DNA of 64,000 bases from Balamuthia mandrillaris (GCA_031835245.2 JAVKOQ020000037.1:1-64000); one strand, 5' to 3'; numbered from the stretch's first letter, positions 43,485 through 56,049 are shown. Notes: a model not told the origin generated them from the letters alone. A program made the numbers and translations.

Positions 43485-46400
43485 ATGGAAGAAATAGTAC
43501 GTAGGGCCAGCTGCTGGCTGCTGGCTGCTGCTGCAGCGAGTGGTGGTCTCACGATGGAATTTGTGTTATAAAATTTTAATGCATTGTTGTTCTCCTTTCT
43601 CTCTTATTGCGTGCTGCAGCTGAAACTTCGAGAACAGTTCAAGAGCGTGCAGCTCCAGGACTCTGTGCACCGTCTCTCAGAGAGGAACTGTGTGGAGATC
43701 ATACGCAAGCTTTTGCAGCAACAAAAGGTGCAACTCATTTTCACTGTGGATGGCAAGGAGTATCTCACTCCCCAACAACTGGAACTGGAAATCAAGGACG
43801 AAATCCTCAGCCATGGAGGTATATCTCAAGCTCTCCTCTTTCTTTCTTGTCGTTTCTTTCTTTCTTTCTTTCTTTCCTACTGTTTAAACATTAAAGTTGA
43901 CTTCCCATCTGTTGCCTCTTTTTTTTTTTAAGGGAGGATCAATGTGCTGGACTTGCAGGCGTTGCTTAACGTAGGGTTGGAGCACGTGGAGGCCAAGGTT
44001 GCTGAACTTGTAAAGAAGGACAAGAAGTTGCAGATGCTGCATGGCGACCTCATCACAAAGAACTACCTGGACGGCGTTGCTGAAGAACTTAATGAGGTCA
44101 TACAGGAAGCTGGCCAGCTGACCCTATCTGACGCCTCCAAACGCTTTGGTCTTACTTCAGAATTTCTGCACGAGGTTCTCTTCTCTGTTTCTCTGCTTCT
44201 TTCTTCTCTCCTTCTCGCCTTCTCTGGTCTATGATTTACAAAGTGATGGGTCGATATTAACCAACGTCTCTTTCTTTCGTGTTTGGTGTACAAAAGGCGC
44301 TGCGGGAGAGAATGGGCAAGATAATCCACGGCAGTTTGGAGAATGGTATGACTTATACTGCTGCCTTTGTTCAGCGCTATAAAGCCAAGATGCGCGGTAT
44401 CTTCTCTGCAATAACCAAGTACATATTCTCCAAAGTTCCTGTGATTCAGTTTTATCTAAAACCAACTCTTGCTATTTTTAAAAAGGCCAACAGCCCTTAC
44501 GCAGCTCATTAACGACTATAATCTCCAGGAAAAACTCTTTTTCGGTGAGTGTTACTTCTTGCCAAGCTATTGGCTTACATTTCATCTAACAAACCGCCAC
44601 CAGGTGTATTGGGAGAACTTGAGAAAGAAGGTAGACTGGCGGGTACCATTGAGCGAGGAGTATACGTGCCACACATCTTTGCCCACGCCAGACAAAAGTG
44701 GATCAGCGCTTTCTTTGAGCAAAACAAGTACATCGGTTCGTATCTATCTGTTCGAACAAAAAAAAAACACTTTCTTGTGGAACGAAGCGTCTTATGCAAC
44801 GAGTGTTATGTGCAGAGTATCAAACGTTATCCAAGTCGAGTATTAGCGATCCACGGAAATACTTGCAAAACTTGTATCCAGATGGCATAGCTCTGGCTAA
44901 TTGCTATGTTAGCAGCTCGCTGGTAAAGCAAATTGATGCTTCATTGGAGGGGTACCTGCTTTCAGGGGAGGACGACCTGCACAAGACGTTTTACGTTGAT
45001 GTTGCGGTAACTAGTCATATATTTTGCCTTTTCCATATTTCATGTGACTAACTTTGAGTTCTACATATATAAAAGACTCTCGTAGAAATACCTTTAACAG
45101 AGGAGGACATGACCAAACTATTGCAAGCCTGCCCTCTCGTTCAAGAAGGAAAGGCTAAAGTGTTAGGAGGCCACTACTGTGTTGCCTCCAACTTTATGGA
45201 ACAATGCTTGACCGCCCTTTCTGAAAGAGTGAAGAGCGTGGTACCAGGCAGATTGACCACTGCCCTTCTCCAAAATATTTCTGGAGAAAGTTCCAAAGAA
45301 GAACCTGAAGAAGAAGAAGAGGATGTGCAGTCACGCAGCTCTAGAAGGTCCAAAGGAGGCAGACATGCCGAGAAAGATAAGAAAGGCAAAGGCAAGAGTA
45401 AAGGAGGGAATAAGCGAGGAGGAAATAGAAAGCAGGAAGAAAATGCCCCAGCACGCGGAGGCAAGGGTCAGCAGCCCACTGCACGTTCTAGGGCAGCCAT
45501 CGCTGTAGAGCTCTTCACACCGAAAGAAGCCTTGCAGCATCTCAAGCATTGGTACAAAGGTGCTGATGAACAGTTCTTGGAAAAAGTTCTGGAGGAAGTG
45601 CAAGGCCCCCTCCGCGAAATGTGCAAGCAAGCTGCCGAAATGTCTTCCAATGATGCAGCTCCTGGCAAAAAGAAACATCTCAAATTGCTCGACCAGCAGC
45701 TTGGTGTTGTCTTCCAAAACATTCAGTTCTTTAAGCAAAGCGCGGACCAAATTTCTGGTATGAATTTGCTCTTCCCTGTTGTTTTTAAAAGTTATCCGTT
45801 TGGGACTGACGATTTTACAACAGAGGCTTACGTGCGAGACGTTCTACGGCGGCACCTTCTTGCCACTCTCTGCAATGATTTGGTGTCATTGTTGATACAA
45901 ATGCAAGCCCTTTACAACATTCCCGAGCTTCCTGTCGAAGACGCTGAAAAGAGCGCAGCTTCACCCACAGAGAGAGCCCAACTTCTCTCTCAACTTCCTT
46001 CCAACATATCCATTCCAATTAAGGCCCTGTTGGAAACGTTGAAGGATACTGTTAGTACATTTTTGTGCTTTCATATTTTGCCCTCCTCTTTTTCCTTCTT
46101 TGCTCACTCTCTTTTCGTTGCAGTCCGTCGATCCATTCATGGAAGCATTGGAATCGGCTGCCGAAGCATGTGAAGTGAGCTTTAAACCGCTGGATAAAAA
46201 GAAACAAAGACTATTGACACACACGCACAAGCTTGACTTTATGCAACAATTGGAGGAGGCTAAAGACAGAGCGACAGTCTTTCATCTTGCCGTTGTGCTG
46301 TTGTATGCTCAGGCCCACAATATAGTCCTACATGCCCCTACACGAGTGCTGCCTTCTCTCCTCCCTCATCTGAGCCCCCTCTTTGGCCCTGAGGGGGAAG

Positions 46401-46549
46401 AGGAGGCTCAGAGGCAAATGGCTTGCCTTAAGGCCATTGCTCCTACCACCGATGAGGGCCAAGAAGAATCGCCTTCCGCGGCTGATGTTGAAGAGAAGGT
46501 GGCCGCTGTTAAGCAGCTTGTCAACCATTACTGTGGCAAGAAAAAGTAA
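43485..46549 (+). CDS. UFL1: E3 UFM1-protein ligase 1, multi-exon
   Basis: MEEI|LKLREQFKSVQL...RLSERNCVEIIRKL...IFTVDGKEYLTP...GGRINVLDL; YTAAFVQRYKAKMRGIFSAIT; RRHLLATLC. Confidence 0.93.
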
Positions 46550-46643
46550 TTGTCCATTGTTGTTGAACCCTTTTTCTTCTTGTTGTTCTTGTTCTTGTTG
46601 TTGTTCTTGTGCTGCTGCTTCTTCTTCAGCACCATCATCTTCT

Positions 46644-47810
46644 TCACTGTTGCGACCGGTTCATCGCTGACCGACGCTGTCCCTGTGGCTGAATGCGTGC
46701 ATTGCGTTGAGTAGCCCTCTTCCCCCGAGTAGCCCTTCCGCCGCCTCCTCCTGCTGGTTCACTGGCTCCCTTTTTATTCTTTTGGCGTTGCTGCACGAAC
46801 CTATCAACAAGCTGAACTGCCTCGTTTACAGTCATCGCCACTTGTGTCGAGTGCTGCTGAGCCCGCTGCTGTTGCTGTGCTTCTGCAAGGTTTTCCGCTT
46901 CTGCTGCCACCGATTGCATGTTGCTGTGGCATTGACCTTTGGCGCCGCCATTGCGTTCGTTGATGGTCCTGCGGCGGCCCCACGCGATCACCGAGAAGCG
47001 AGGTCCAACGTTGTTCTTGCTCTTGGGCAAGCCGTGCTGAAACCGCCGGTTGACCTCACTGTTGAAGGCAAACACATCTCCATTCACTTGTGGAAACTCG
47101 AAGGTCATACCTTGCAAAAAAAAAAAAGGAATCATAAGTCCTCTTGCAAGGGAGAGGAAGAGGGAGGGAGAGTGTGTGTGAGACAAAGAGAAGAGAGAGA
47201 GAGAGTGAGAGAGTGAGGAGAGAGAGAAGGGGGGAGGAAGGGAGAGGAGCAGAGAACAGGCACAAACCAGAAGGAGGATGAAGAAAAACGAGTTGGCGGG
47301 TGGCCCCAAAGGAAGCCCCCATCGTGAAATCTTCGCGCTTGCCTTGGCCACCGTAGGCGTGGCTGTCATGATGAAACGGCTTCCACGAAATGCCGTCCGG
47401 ATAGAAGTTGAGTCTCGTGGCATAGACCTCCACATCCTTTGTTTTGTGTCGAGACGTAGCAGTGGTTTAGAGAGTTGAAGTGAAATGAGGAGAGGAAAGA
47501 GAGAAAGGGATACAAAGTAGTCGGCCATTTTCTGGATGATGCAGTTGAATGAGTTAGAAAAGGAAGGGTTCTCATGCTTGAGGTGTTTGCTCCAGTTGAT
47601 CATGCTGTGGTCCTCTCCATCGGCCAACTCCTTCGCCAGGCTCTGCAGCAGGGTGTAGTCCTCCGCAGCACAAAGAAACTGAGGGAGGTAGATGCAGCCT
47701 CCCTCCAATATAGAGCAGTAGTCCTCCAACAGGCTCGAGTCGCATTGTGCGATCTCCGACTTGAATAGCTTTGCGGAGAAGCCGGTGGCCTGGTTCTGTG
47801 CTGCTTTCAT
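46644..47810 (-). CDS. AlkB-like 2OG-Fe(II) dioxygenase (2 introns)
   Basis: RLNFYPDG..WKPFHHD (HxD), GASFGATRQLVF, GDVFAF...FQHGLPK and GPRFSVIAWG. Confidence 0.85.
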   Translation of the reverse strand: MKAAQNQATGFSAKLFKSEIAQCDSSLLEDYCSILEGGCIYLPQFLCAAEDYTLLQSLAKELADGEDHSMINWSKHLKHENPSFSNSFNCIIQKMADYFVSLSLFPLLISLQLSKPLLRLDTKQRMWRSMPRDSTSIRTAFRGSRFIMTATPTVAKASAKISRWGLPLGPPANSFFFILLLVCACSLLLSLPPPFSLSSLSHSLSLFSLSHTHSPSLFLSLARGLMIPFFFLQGMTFEFPQVNGDVFAFNSEVNRRFQHGLPKSKNNVGPRFSVIAWGRRRTINERNGGAKGQCHSNMQSVAAEAENLAEAQQQQRAQQHSTQVAMTVNEAVQLVDRFVQQRQKNKKGASEPAGGGGGRATRGKRATQRNARIQPQGQRRSAMNRSQQ

Positions 47811-47867
47811 CTGGATGTGTGTTTTTTTTTTATAAAATCCTTTCGCTCTTTTTTATTGATACAGGAC

Positions 47868-50011
47868 CTACGGTTCCCCCCTGTCCTTCTTGTTGTTGGG
47901 AGAAAGAGAAAGCGAGATGGTGGCGAAGAGGCCGAGGTGGTCGGAGGAGACGTTTTTCTGTCGTTCCCGAGTTGTGCCGCTTGCTGTTGTTTCACCGCTG
48001 TTGGTGGTGGAGTTGCCAAGGAGGCCTGCCTCTTCCACCGCCGCTACCAGGCCGCTCCCCATTGCCTCCTGAGGTTGCTCCAAAGGAGCAGGCTGCTTAT
48101 CCAGGAGGATAAAGTCAATCCTCTTTGTGGGCTTCCACGTAGGGAACGTATTGCCAACAACATGGTGGTCCCTGTGAGCTTCCACCCAAGCATCCACAAA
48201 CTGCAGAGGAGACGAGTGGGAAGACACCTTTCCGTCGCTCTCACTTGCATATTCTTGTAATAGGAAGGCCATCACTGGGGAATCGGGCTCCGCATTGAAA
48301 TCCCCCATTAGCAACGTCACCGGCCTTAACGATGAAGAAGAAGGAGTAGATGAAGGAGGTGAGGAGGAGGGAGCAAAAGAACGAATCCAGTGGATAATTT
48401 CGTGAGCATTCCTGAGGCGGGCAGCAGCGCTAAGGGACATGTGCGTGACAAAGATCTGAACAAGAGAAGAGGGAGCAGTGCCATAGTCACCGCCAGCACC
48501 AGAGGGTGGCAGCTGGATGAGGGTGCGGAGGCATATGCGCTGATGGGCGTCTTCGTTATCACGCAGATTCCTCGATAGAGCTGTATTGTTAACCTGCAAG
48601 ATGGGGAGCTTGGAGAATATAGCAAGGCCTTCCTCTGAGTGAAAGTCCGCGGACGAGGTTACAGTGTGAGGTCGTCCGCTGACCTCGCTCATGGCTGGCC
48701 TCCAAACGAACTGATACTTGCCGGAGGCAAAGCTTGGCAGCCACGATAGATATTCCATCTGGAATCGTGGATTCCTTCCCTTTCTCGACTCTTTCAAGCC
48801 ATCCTTGCTGCTACTGTCTCTGTGCTGGCGACTGTATTGGGCGAAGGAGTAACGAACCTCCTGCAGCGCTACTATGTCAGGATCGTATTCCAACAGCTGC
48901 TCTTCCAACATTCTCATCCGTTGCCGCCAGTTGCCATTCGTATTCCATATATTGAAGCACACCACCTTCAGATCCGTTCTGGTTGTGGAAGAATTGGTGG
49001 CAGCAGTGGTGGTGGACATAGTTGTTGCCAACAAAGGAGTGGCAACACCGTATTGTCGTGTATGAGGTAATTCATCCACTTCAAAATGCAGCTGGTGGCC
49101 ACTCGCCTTGGCTCCTTCTTCGCTTGTTGTGGCTGCTGTTGAGTTGTTTGCAGCTTGCCTGTTGAGGCCTCGCGTGTTTGTTGTTGGCGATGATGCAGTG
49201 GCAGTGGTAGTAGTAGCGATAGGCTGCCAGGTGTGCTGCGTAATGCCCAACACATGATCCACATCCTGAAACACAACAAGCTGGTGCTGCAGCACTGCTA
49301 TTGCTCCTGGTACTTCTCTTCCAACTTTCCCTCCTTCTTTTGTTTCTTGTTCTTCTGCCTGTTCTACCACCGTTGTTTGTGGTGACGGACATTCTAAAGT
49401 CTCTTGCAGTCCGGTCCCTTTGGGCATCATTGGTGCGCCCCTAGCAGCAGCAGGGGAAAAAGGGCATAGCCGTGTCTGCAAGCTGATGTGGTAGTTCGTG
49501 CCCAAGTATATGGAGCGATACCCTGTCAAGTCTTTGTGCAGCGGCTTGTTGAGGTGTGTGTTTGTGTTTGATCACTGGTTTTGTTAGTATCGACTTAAAA
49601 CAAGGGATGATGGCATGAGGTATACCTCCGCATGCACTGATACCAATTGCATGAGGAGGTGACCCTCCACTTCCCCATCTCCTTCCTTTATTCGCAGTGG
49701 TGTATGCTTCCTTGCGTATTTGCTTGCAAACTTACAGTACAAAATAAAGAGCAGAAACGAAAACAAGAAGGAGTCGATCAAAGCATTCTTCAAATAAAAA
49801 ACGAAAGGGAAAGCAAAAAACCAACCTTGAGCACATTTTTGAGAAAAAGATTAGTGTGAAGGGTGTCTACTGGAACTTCATACTTGGTACTTTCCAGTAC
49901 GGAGTTACCAAGTTGATGGCGTGGCAAAGCAGCAACGTTGCTGGATTGCATCAGCAGCCACAAAACAACGTCTAAGAACCACAAGCTCAACACAAGATAC
50001 CGCACCACCAT
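47868..50011 (-). CDS. Endonuclease/exonuclease/phosphatase (EEP) family protein with an N-terminal signal peptide
   Basis: FNIWN, DIVALQEV, GLAIFSKLPI, VTHMS, MGDFNA, RIDFIL and SSDHLG. First exon MVVRYLVLSLWFLDVVLWLLMQ is hydrophobic. Confidence 0.85.
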
Positions 50012-50491
50012 CTTGCAAGTGGAAGAAAAGCTTTTCTTTGTTTTCTTTGTTTTTTTTTTAATTTGAATTTTAATAGACTAAATGAGTCGAGTAAGCCAAG
50101 CAAGAAGACCCAAGATGACCTTGTTGCGATGAAACGTTTGGTAAGTTATTTACACGCATCACTTTCTCGTTGTGCTCACACCCACTGCTCAACAGACCTT
50201 GTTGCATTTGTAGCTCAAGTTTCCCTTTTTTCCCTTCTCTCTTTTCTCTTTCTTAGTGTACTCTAAAGCAACGACAGAGATCCCCTCACGTTGTCTTTCT
50301 TTCTTTCTTTCTTCAAGCAAAGGCAAACCGAGGGGTTCATTTCAGTTTCGCTCCTTTGTTTTGGTGGTATTACGGTGACCGTGAAACGGAAGCTGCACTC
50401 CTCTCTTGATAGCTTCTTTCGCAGCAACAAAGCCAGCCCCACGACTTGCTAAAAGGTTCTTTTTTGTTGTTTTCTTGTTGAAAGAAAGGAT

Positions 50492-51619
50492 TTAGAGAAG
50501 CATGGTGACGGGGTCCTCCATGTATCGCCTAAACTCTTGCAACCATTCAGCACCGACAGCGCCATCCACCACACGATGATCACAACTCAGTGTGACAGTC
50601 AATGTGGAGGCAATACCAAACCTCTCGTTGGCATCCTTGGCGTTCTCGTCCTTTACCACAACGCGCTTCTCTGTGCCGCCAACAGCAAGGATGCAGGCCT
50701 GAGGAGGATTAATGACAGCCGCAAAGTGCTTGATGCCGTACATTCCGAGGTTGGAGATGGTGAAGGTGCCGCTCTGGAACTCGGCAGGGGCCAGCTTGTT
50801 CTCCTTGGCCTTGGTAGCCAGCTCCCTCACACGAGTGGAGATGGAACGAAGGCCGCGCTTGTCAGCGTCCGTGATGAGAGGAGTGAAGAGGCCTTGTTCC
50901 GTGTTGACAGCCACATTTATGTCCACGTTGTGATACCTGCGGATTGCCTGCTCCGTCCATGTGCTGTTCACCACTGGCTTTTGCTTGAGAGCCAAAGCAG
51001 CAGCCTTGATTATAAAGTCGTTGAGAGAAAGCTTGTATTCTCCTCCCGCTTTAGCATTCAACTCAGCCCTGAGACTGTCATAGCATTATGATGTGAGCTA
51101 ATGAAAGTTGAAAGATGCGTCCATGAGATGCAGGAGAAAGACATACGCCTCAAGCTTGTCAACGCGGCACTCAATGGCAAGGTAGTAATGAGGGATGTTG
51201 CGTTTGGACTCGCTGAGGCGAGCAGCAGTTACCTTCCTTATATTGGAATTGGGGATATCTGTGTAGTTATCTCCAGCAATGGCGGCAGCAGCTGGACGAG
51301 CGGTCGGTGCAGCAGCCTTGGCTGTTGTTGTTTAGGTTATTAAAGCCCGTCAAAACACATACGTTGTTTGATCAACAATCCCACCGCTGCCAACAATAAC
51401 ACGGACACATCACGAAATATCGCCACAATGACCAATAACATACCTGCAGAAGAAGCGTACTCCATAACATCAGCCAGGATTACACGTTGGTTCGGGCCTG
51501 TGCCCTTGATAGAGGACAGGTCAATACTTAATTCGGCTGCCTCTTTGCGAGCTCGTGGGCTGGCAAATGTGCGGCCGCTCTCTGCAGTATTGCGACGATA
51601 GCGATATCGGGGAATTAAC

Positions 51620-51653
<34 letters not shown>

Positions 51654-52629
51654 CATGTACCTTCAGGTTGAGGTTGTTTTGGCGGGACAGCAGGAGGAGC
51701 GGTTTCTTTGGCAGGAGGAGCCTCTGTTAGTTTCTTTGGTGCAGGTGCTGGGGCTTCTTGTGGTTCTCGAGGAGCTGCTTTCGCTTCAGCGCCCTCTGGC
51801 GGTGTGTAGTCCTTAAACTTGGCTACGTCTGCCTCTTCCTCTACCATTATAATAGCGGGCTACCATAACACACACGTCCAGTTAGAGAGAGGGAGAGAGA
51901 AGAGAAAGAAGAAAAAACCTTGCCAACTGGGATGTCTTGTGTTCCAGCGGGGATAAGGATCTTGGCAACGTAGCCCTCATCGGTGACCTCCCAGCCCACC
52001 GTGGCTTTGTCAGTCTCTATGTCCGCAATGAGGTCACCAGGAGAGACCTTGTCTCCCTCCTTCACCAACCAGGCTCCCAGGTTGCCTTCCTTCATGGTAG
52101 GCGACAACGCAGGCAAGCCCAGTGTAGAGTGTGACGGCACTGTCGTTTAAAAATGTTACGCTCAACTTCAAACCTGAAAGAGGAGAGGGGAGAGGGAGAG
52201 AGAGAGAGAGAGAGAGGATGAATGATGGCGTACAGTCTGAAGCAAAAGTGCGGCGAGTGGAGCGGAAGGCACCGCTGGAAGCGGAGAAATAGGCGGTGGT
52301 TGTGGGCCGCAGACAGCTTGGCCAAAGCGCAGCAAAGCCACCACATGCCTGTAGGTGTGGGCGCAGAGTAAGCTTAATATGCAGAGAGAACAAAGCCGCA
52401 ACGAGGAAACCATACCTTCATCGCTGTTGGTCGAACGGCATAGCTGAGGCCTCTTCGTCCACCTCTCACAAACCTGGTTTTTTTTTTTTCGTGTTAAAAG
52501 AAAGTCAGGTTTTAAATCACACACAACAAAAAAAAAACCGGATCCGCGTTTTAAAATAAATCCGTACAAAGCCCGTGAGCTCAAGTTGGCGCTGCTTCTC
52601 GCGGCAGTCTGTCTGGTAAGGTTTTGCAT
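50492..52629 (-). CDS. DLAT: Pyruvate dehydrogenase E2, dihydrolipoamide acetyltransferase (mitochondrial)
   Basis: Lipoyl domain LPALSPTM...IETDKAT; E3-binding domain FASPRARK...GTGPNQRV; catalytic domain GTFTISNLGM and LSCDHRVVDGAVGA. Confidence 0.96.
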
Positions 52630-52759
52630 CGCAACAACAGCACACAATACTTTCTGGCTCAACAGCGGCACCGCTTTGCCCCCTCTTTTTTTTTTTTCTT
52701 GGGGTGATGTTATTTGTAATTTTTAGTCGACAGTAACGACCCCTCATTCTGCAACAATA

Positions 52760-53202
52760 CAAAGAATTGGAAGTGAGCATTGCCGCAAGTGATAGATAAT
52801 TATAACAACAGCTATCATTCCACGATTGGGGCAACACCGGCTGAAGTCCACTTGGCGCCAACAACTCGGCGATTACGTGCTGCCCGCAAAGGGATTAACA
52901 AACAAGCTGCTGAGATGGTTGCTATTTATTTTACATTTTATATATTATTTTTATTATTTTATTTATTCTCGTTGTTTAAATATTTTTAGAAAGAAGTGCC
53001 AAGACCGAGTTTTCGCGAGGTCGATGAAGGAGAGGAATTGAGCGAAGACATGCAGCCGGTTAAGAAAGGCGACTTGGTTCGGCGAAGTGTTCTGCTAGAG
53101 AAGTTCGCAAGGAAGACAGAGAAGTGGCGCAAGAGTTATGTCCGGAACTTCTCGCATGATTTGTTTGAAGTTGACTATCAGAATTTATTTGTTGAGATGT
53201 GA
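52760..53202 (+). pseudogene. C-terminal fragment of a Polinton/virophage-type (rve) integrase, with a 72-nt AT-rich GT-AG intron
   Basis: LPQVIDNYNNSYHSTIGATPAEV followed in frame by KKGDLVRRSVLLEKF...KSYVRNFSHDLFEV once 52918-52989 is removed. Confidence 0.7.
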
Positions 53203-53243
53203 TGTGAATTTTTTATAGTTGCTATAATATACCGTTTAGTTTC

Positions 53244-53546
53244 ATGATGACTGATGTTCGGACATGTTGCGATCTAGCCACAAGCTCTGGTTCGGCGAGT
53301 GCTGAAAGTGATGTTGAGAGTCAAGCTGAAGGTGGAAATGGGCAACGAAAGTGGATATGTTGTAAGTTGCGAATGAAGTACTTATGGTTGCTGATACAAT
53401 TGGCTGTGAGTTTGCTGGTGTTGTTGTTCAGCTTCGTGCGGATATGGTTTGCGATTAATGATACAGAAAAATACGTGTGGATATCAATTATCAGCGGAGT
53501 GATCGGCTACTATTTGCCTTCGCCACTCAGCGGTAATGTGCTCTGA
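53244..53546 (+). CDS. Small intronless two-TM protein ending in GYYLPSP, resembling small membrane proteins of Polinton-like/large DNA viruses
   Basis: WICC...IQLAVSLLVLLFSFVRI...YVWISIISGVIGYYLPSP. Adjacent to and co-oriented with the integrase fragment. Confidence 0.55.
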   Translation: MMTDVRTCCDLATSSGSASAESDVESQAEGGNGQRKWICCKLRMKYLWLLIQLAVSLLVLLFSFVRIWFAINDTEKYVWISIISGVIGYYLPSPLSGNVL

Positions 53547-53725
53547 ACAGTAACATCTTTTTTTGCCAATCTGAGCTTGCAACTATACTGCTTGATGATG
53601 GTAGGGATCTGGCAACATAAATCTCTTTACTATAGTATAACCTGTTTTGTCTGCCACATCCCTACCTAAGAAAGTGAGCATCATAGTGCGGTTTCAATTC
53701 AATCCGGAAGAGGAGTTTTAGTCTG

Positions 53726-54901
53726 TTAAGTCCCTTTCGTTCTCTTCGAGGCAAGCGCCACGTAAGCCAAAGCGTTCGACAGAAGACGAGAGCCACCGAC
53801 AGGGGCCACCTCGCACCCAGCATTGATGGTGACCACCATGCCGTAACGCTCCTCCTTCCTGAGCTGCACCACCAAGGGCACGCCATCATCCCATTCGGCA
53901 ATGACCTCTGCGCCTTGCTCCCTGACAATGCTCTATTTGGCCCACCTCTTCCACCTTGTATAAAATGGGATGGTTGGGACGAAGCTTGCGTCCGAGGGTG
54001 CGGCGGACCAGGTCCCCACGGTCAGGGATCAACGGATGGAGGCCCTCCGCAAGGAAGTCGCCATGAACACAGTAGGTGCCTCCTCTTTGGTTGGCCGCTC
54101 TGGCGATGACCACACCACCACGATCCTCCTTGATGTAACGAGCCAACAGATCACCTTTTTTGTAAAAACAACCACAGCCATAACAACCACAACAACAAGC
54201 AAGTAAGAAAAGAGGAAAAGGAGTTACAAAGAAAAAGGCCTATGAGGAGAGGTAAGCACGAAACTGGCATCATGATTGTTGGTGATGGAGCCACCACCAA
54301 TGACCAAGATGGCATCAAACTGGCACAGCAGGTCGTAGGTTGGGTACGTGTTCAGCGCATAGAGAATGGTCAAACGTTCTATGCGGAACGGCACATGTAA
54401 TGGGATGGAATAGTAGTCGCTGCAAATGATCAGAAAAGAAAAGTTCTAAACATGAACAACCAGTTAATGCAGCAGAAGAAGGGGGAGGAGGGGAAGAAGA
54501 AACAGAACGTACAGCTACTAGTGTGCCACAACCGTAACAATGCTGCCAGTCCGGTGATGCGCTGTCCTGGCAGCCAGGAAAAGAACGAAAGCCACAAAGA
54601 ACGGCAGCCCACCCAGGAAAAGGGGCAACTTGCAATCTTGTCTCTGCGGCTGCAGCAACTCTTCCATATCAGTGACTGGCCGACTGCGCCGGGTGGTAGG
54701 CACCGGAGGCGTGGACAGCGCCAGTTCTTTCTTCCTCTCTCGCCCATAGCAAGCAAACAAGTTCTGCTTGATGAGGGCCTTGGCGGTGGTGCAGGTGCAG
54801 GCGAAACGGCCAATGTCCTTGGGGTCTGTCAGGTAGGCCAACACCAGGGACAGCACCTCCGGCGGAATCCTCTCCGTCAAACCTCCGCCTTCTTCTTCCA
54901 T
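53726..54901 (-). CDS. F-box protein with a C-terminal GATase-like alpha/beta domain; apparent frameshift near 53930
   Basis: IPPEVLSLVLAYLTDPKDIGRFACTC. Later exons read PTYDLLCQFDAILVIGGG|GDLLARYIKEDRGGVVIA...HPIL and, in another frame, VIAEWDDGVPLVV...SRLLSNALAYVA. Confidence 0.7.
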
Positions 54902-55403
54902 TGCTCTTCTCGCCGTCCAGTAACGCAATTACTGCGCGCAATTATGTACTCAAATAGTGCACCTGAGGGGTGAGCGTCCTGGCCAAAATTTTTTTCCCGC
55001 CTTTTTTTTTTGTTAACGGACTCCTTGCGCTGTTACTGGCGATGGGGAGGTCATGGGGGCGAACGCCCGATATGTTTTTTTTGGCGGACGAAAGAAAAAC
55101 TGCAAAGAGACAAACAAAACAAAAAGACTACAGAGGATGGCGGCTTTGTTTCAATGGTTTCAGCGGAGCGCTTTGGTTGGGGGGACGGCTTCGAATCAGC
55201 AGGGGACGGGAGGGGGAGAGGAGCGGCGCAGCTTCTTTTTCAAGCAGCTGCAAGGACAAGGACGGCGGAGCGGGGTGGCCATGAAGAGACAGCACAGATG
55301 GAAGAGGAGGCGGGTCAGCGTTGCCGCCTTTGAACGAAGACTGCTGAGACAGCCTGGCGATGCCTCAAGGGGTCAGTTGCTGCCGTTGCAGAGTTCGGCG
55401 GCG

Positions 55404-55883
55404 ATGACCACGCTCCAGGGTGTTTCCTACGTTTCGCGGTTGGAACGAGAGGTGAAGGAGCTCAGAGCGGAGGTGGAGCGGCTCAACCGAATGTTGGAGG
55501 AAGAGCGAGAGCAGAAGGCCAATACGCAACAACCGCTGCAACTTCACCAACAGCAGCTACAGCACCAACCTACCACTCCAACGCAACCAACATTCCCTGC
55601 AGCTGCGCCTACGCCCCCTCCACCGCCGCCTCTCCATGCTATAATCACTGAAACTGCAACCACGATCAAGTCGGAGGAAGAGCCCAAACCTTCTTCTCAG
55701 TCGTCTTCCGTTATTATAACAGCGGAGGTGCTTCAAAGTTGTGCATTGAAGCCTCTTTCTCAAAGTGACCATGTTGTTGCAAGCCCTACCACACCTTGCT
55801 TTGCCGATACCGTTGCACAAGGTTTCTCTTTTCCTACGCCCGTCACTTGCGCACTCTTTCACTTTCTCTCGTTTGTTGTACAT

Positions 55884-55916
<33 letters not shown>

Positions 55917-56049
55917 TGCTGTTGCTGTTATCCTTCTCTTGCTCCACCTCTCTGACACACTCATTTCTCTCCCAACAGCATTACAAAAAAAATTCAAGGT
56001 AGCCTTTAATGCTCCCATTTGCTGGTCTATTACATACTGACTAAACTCG

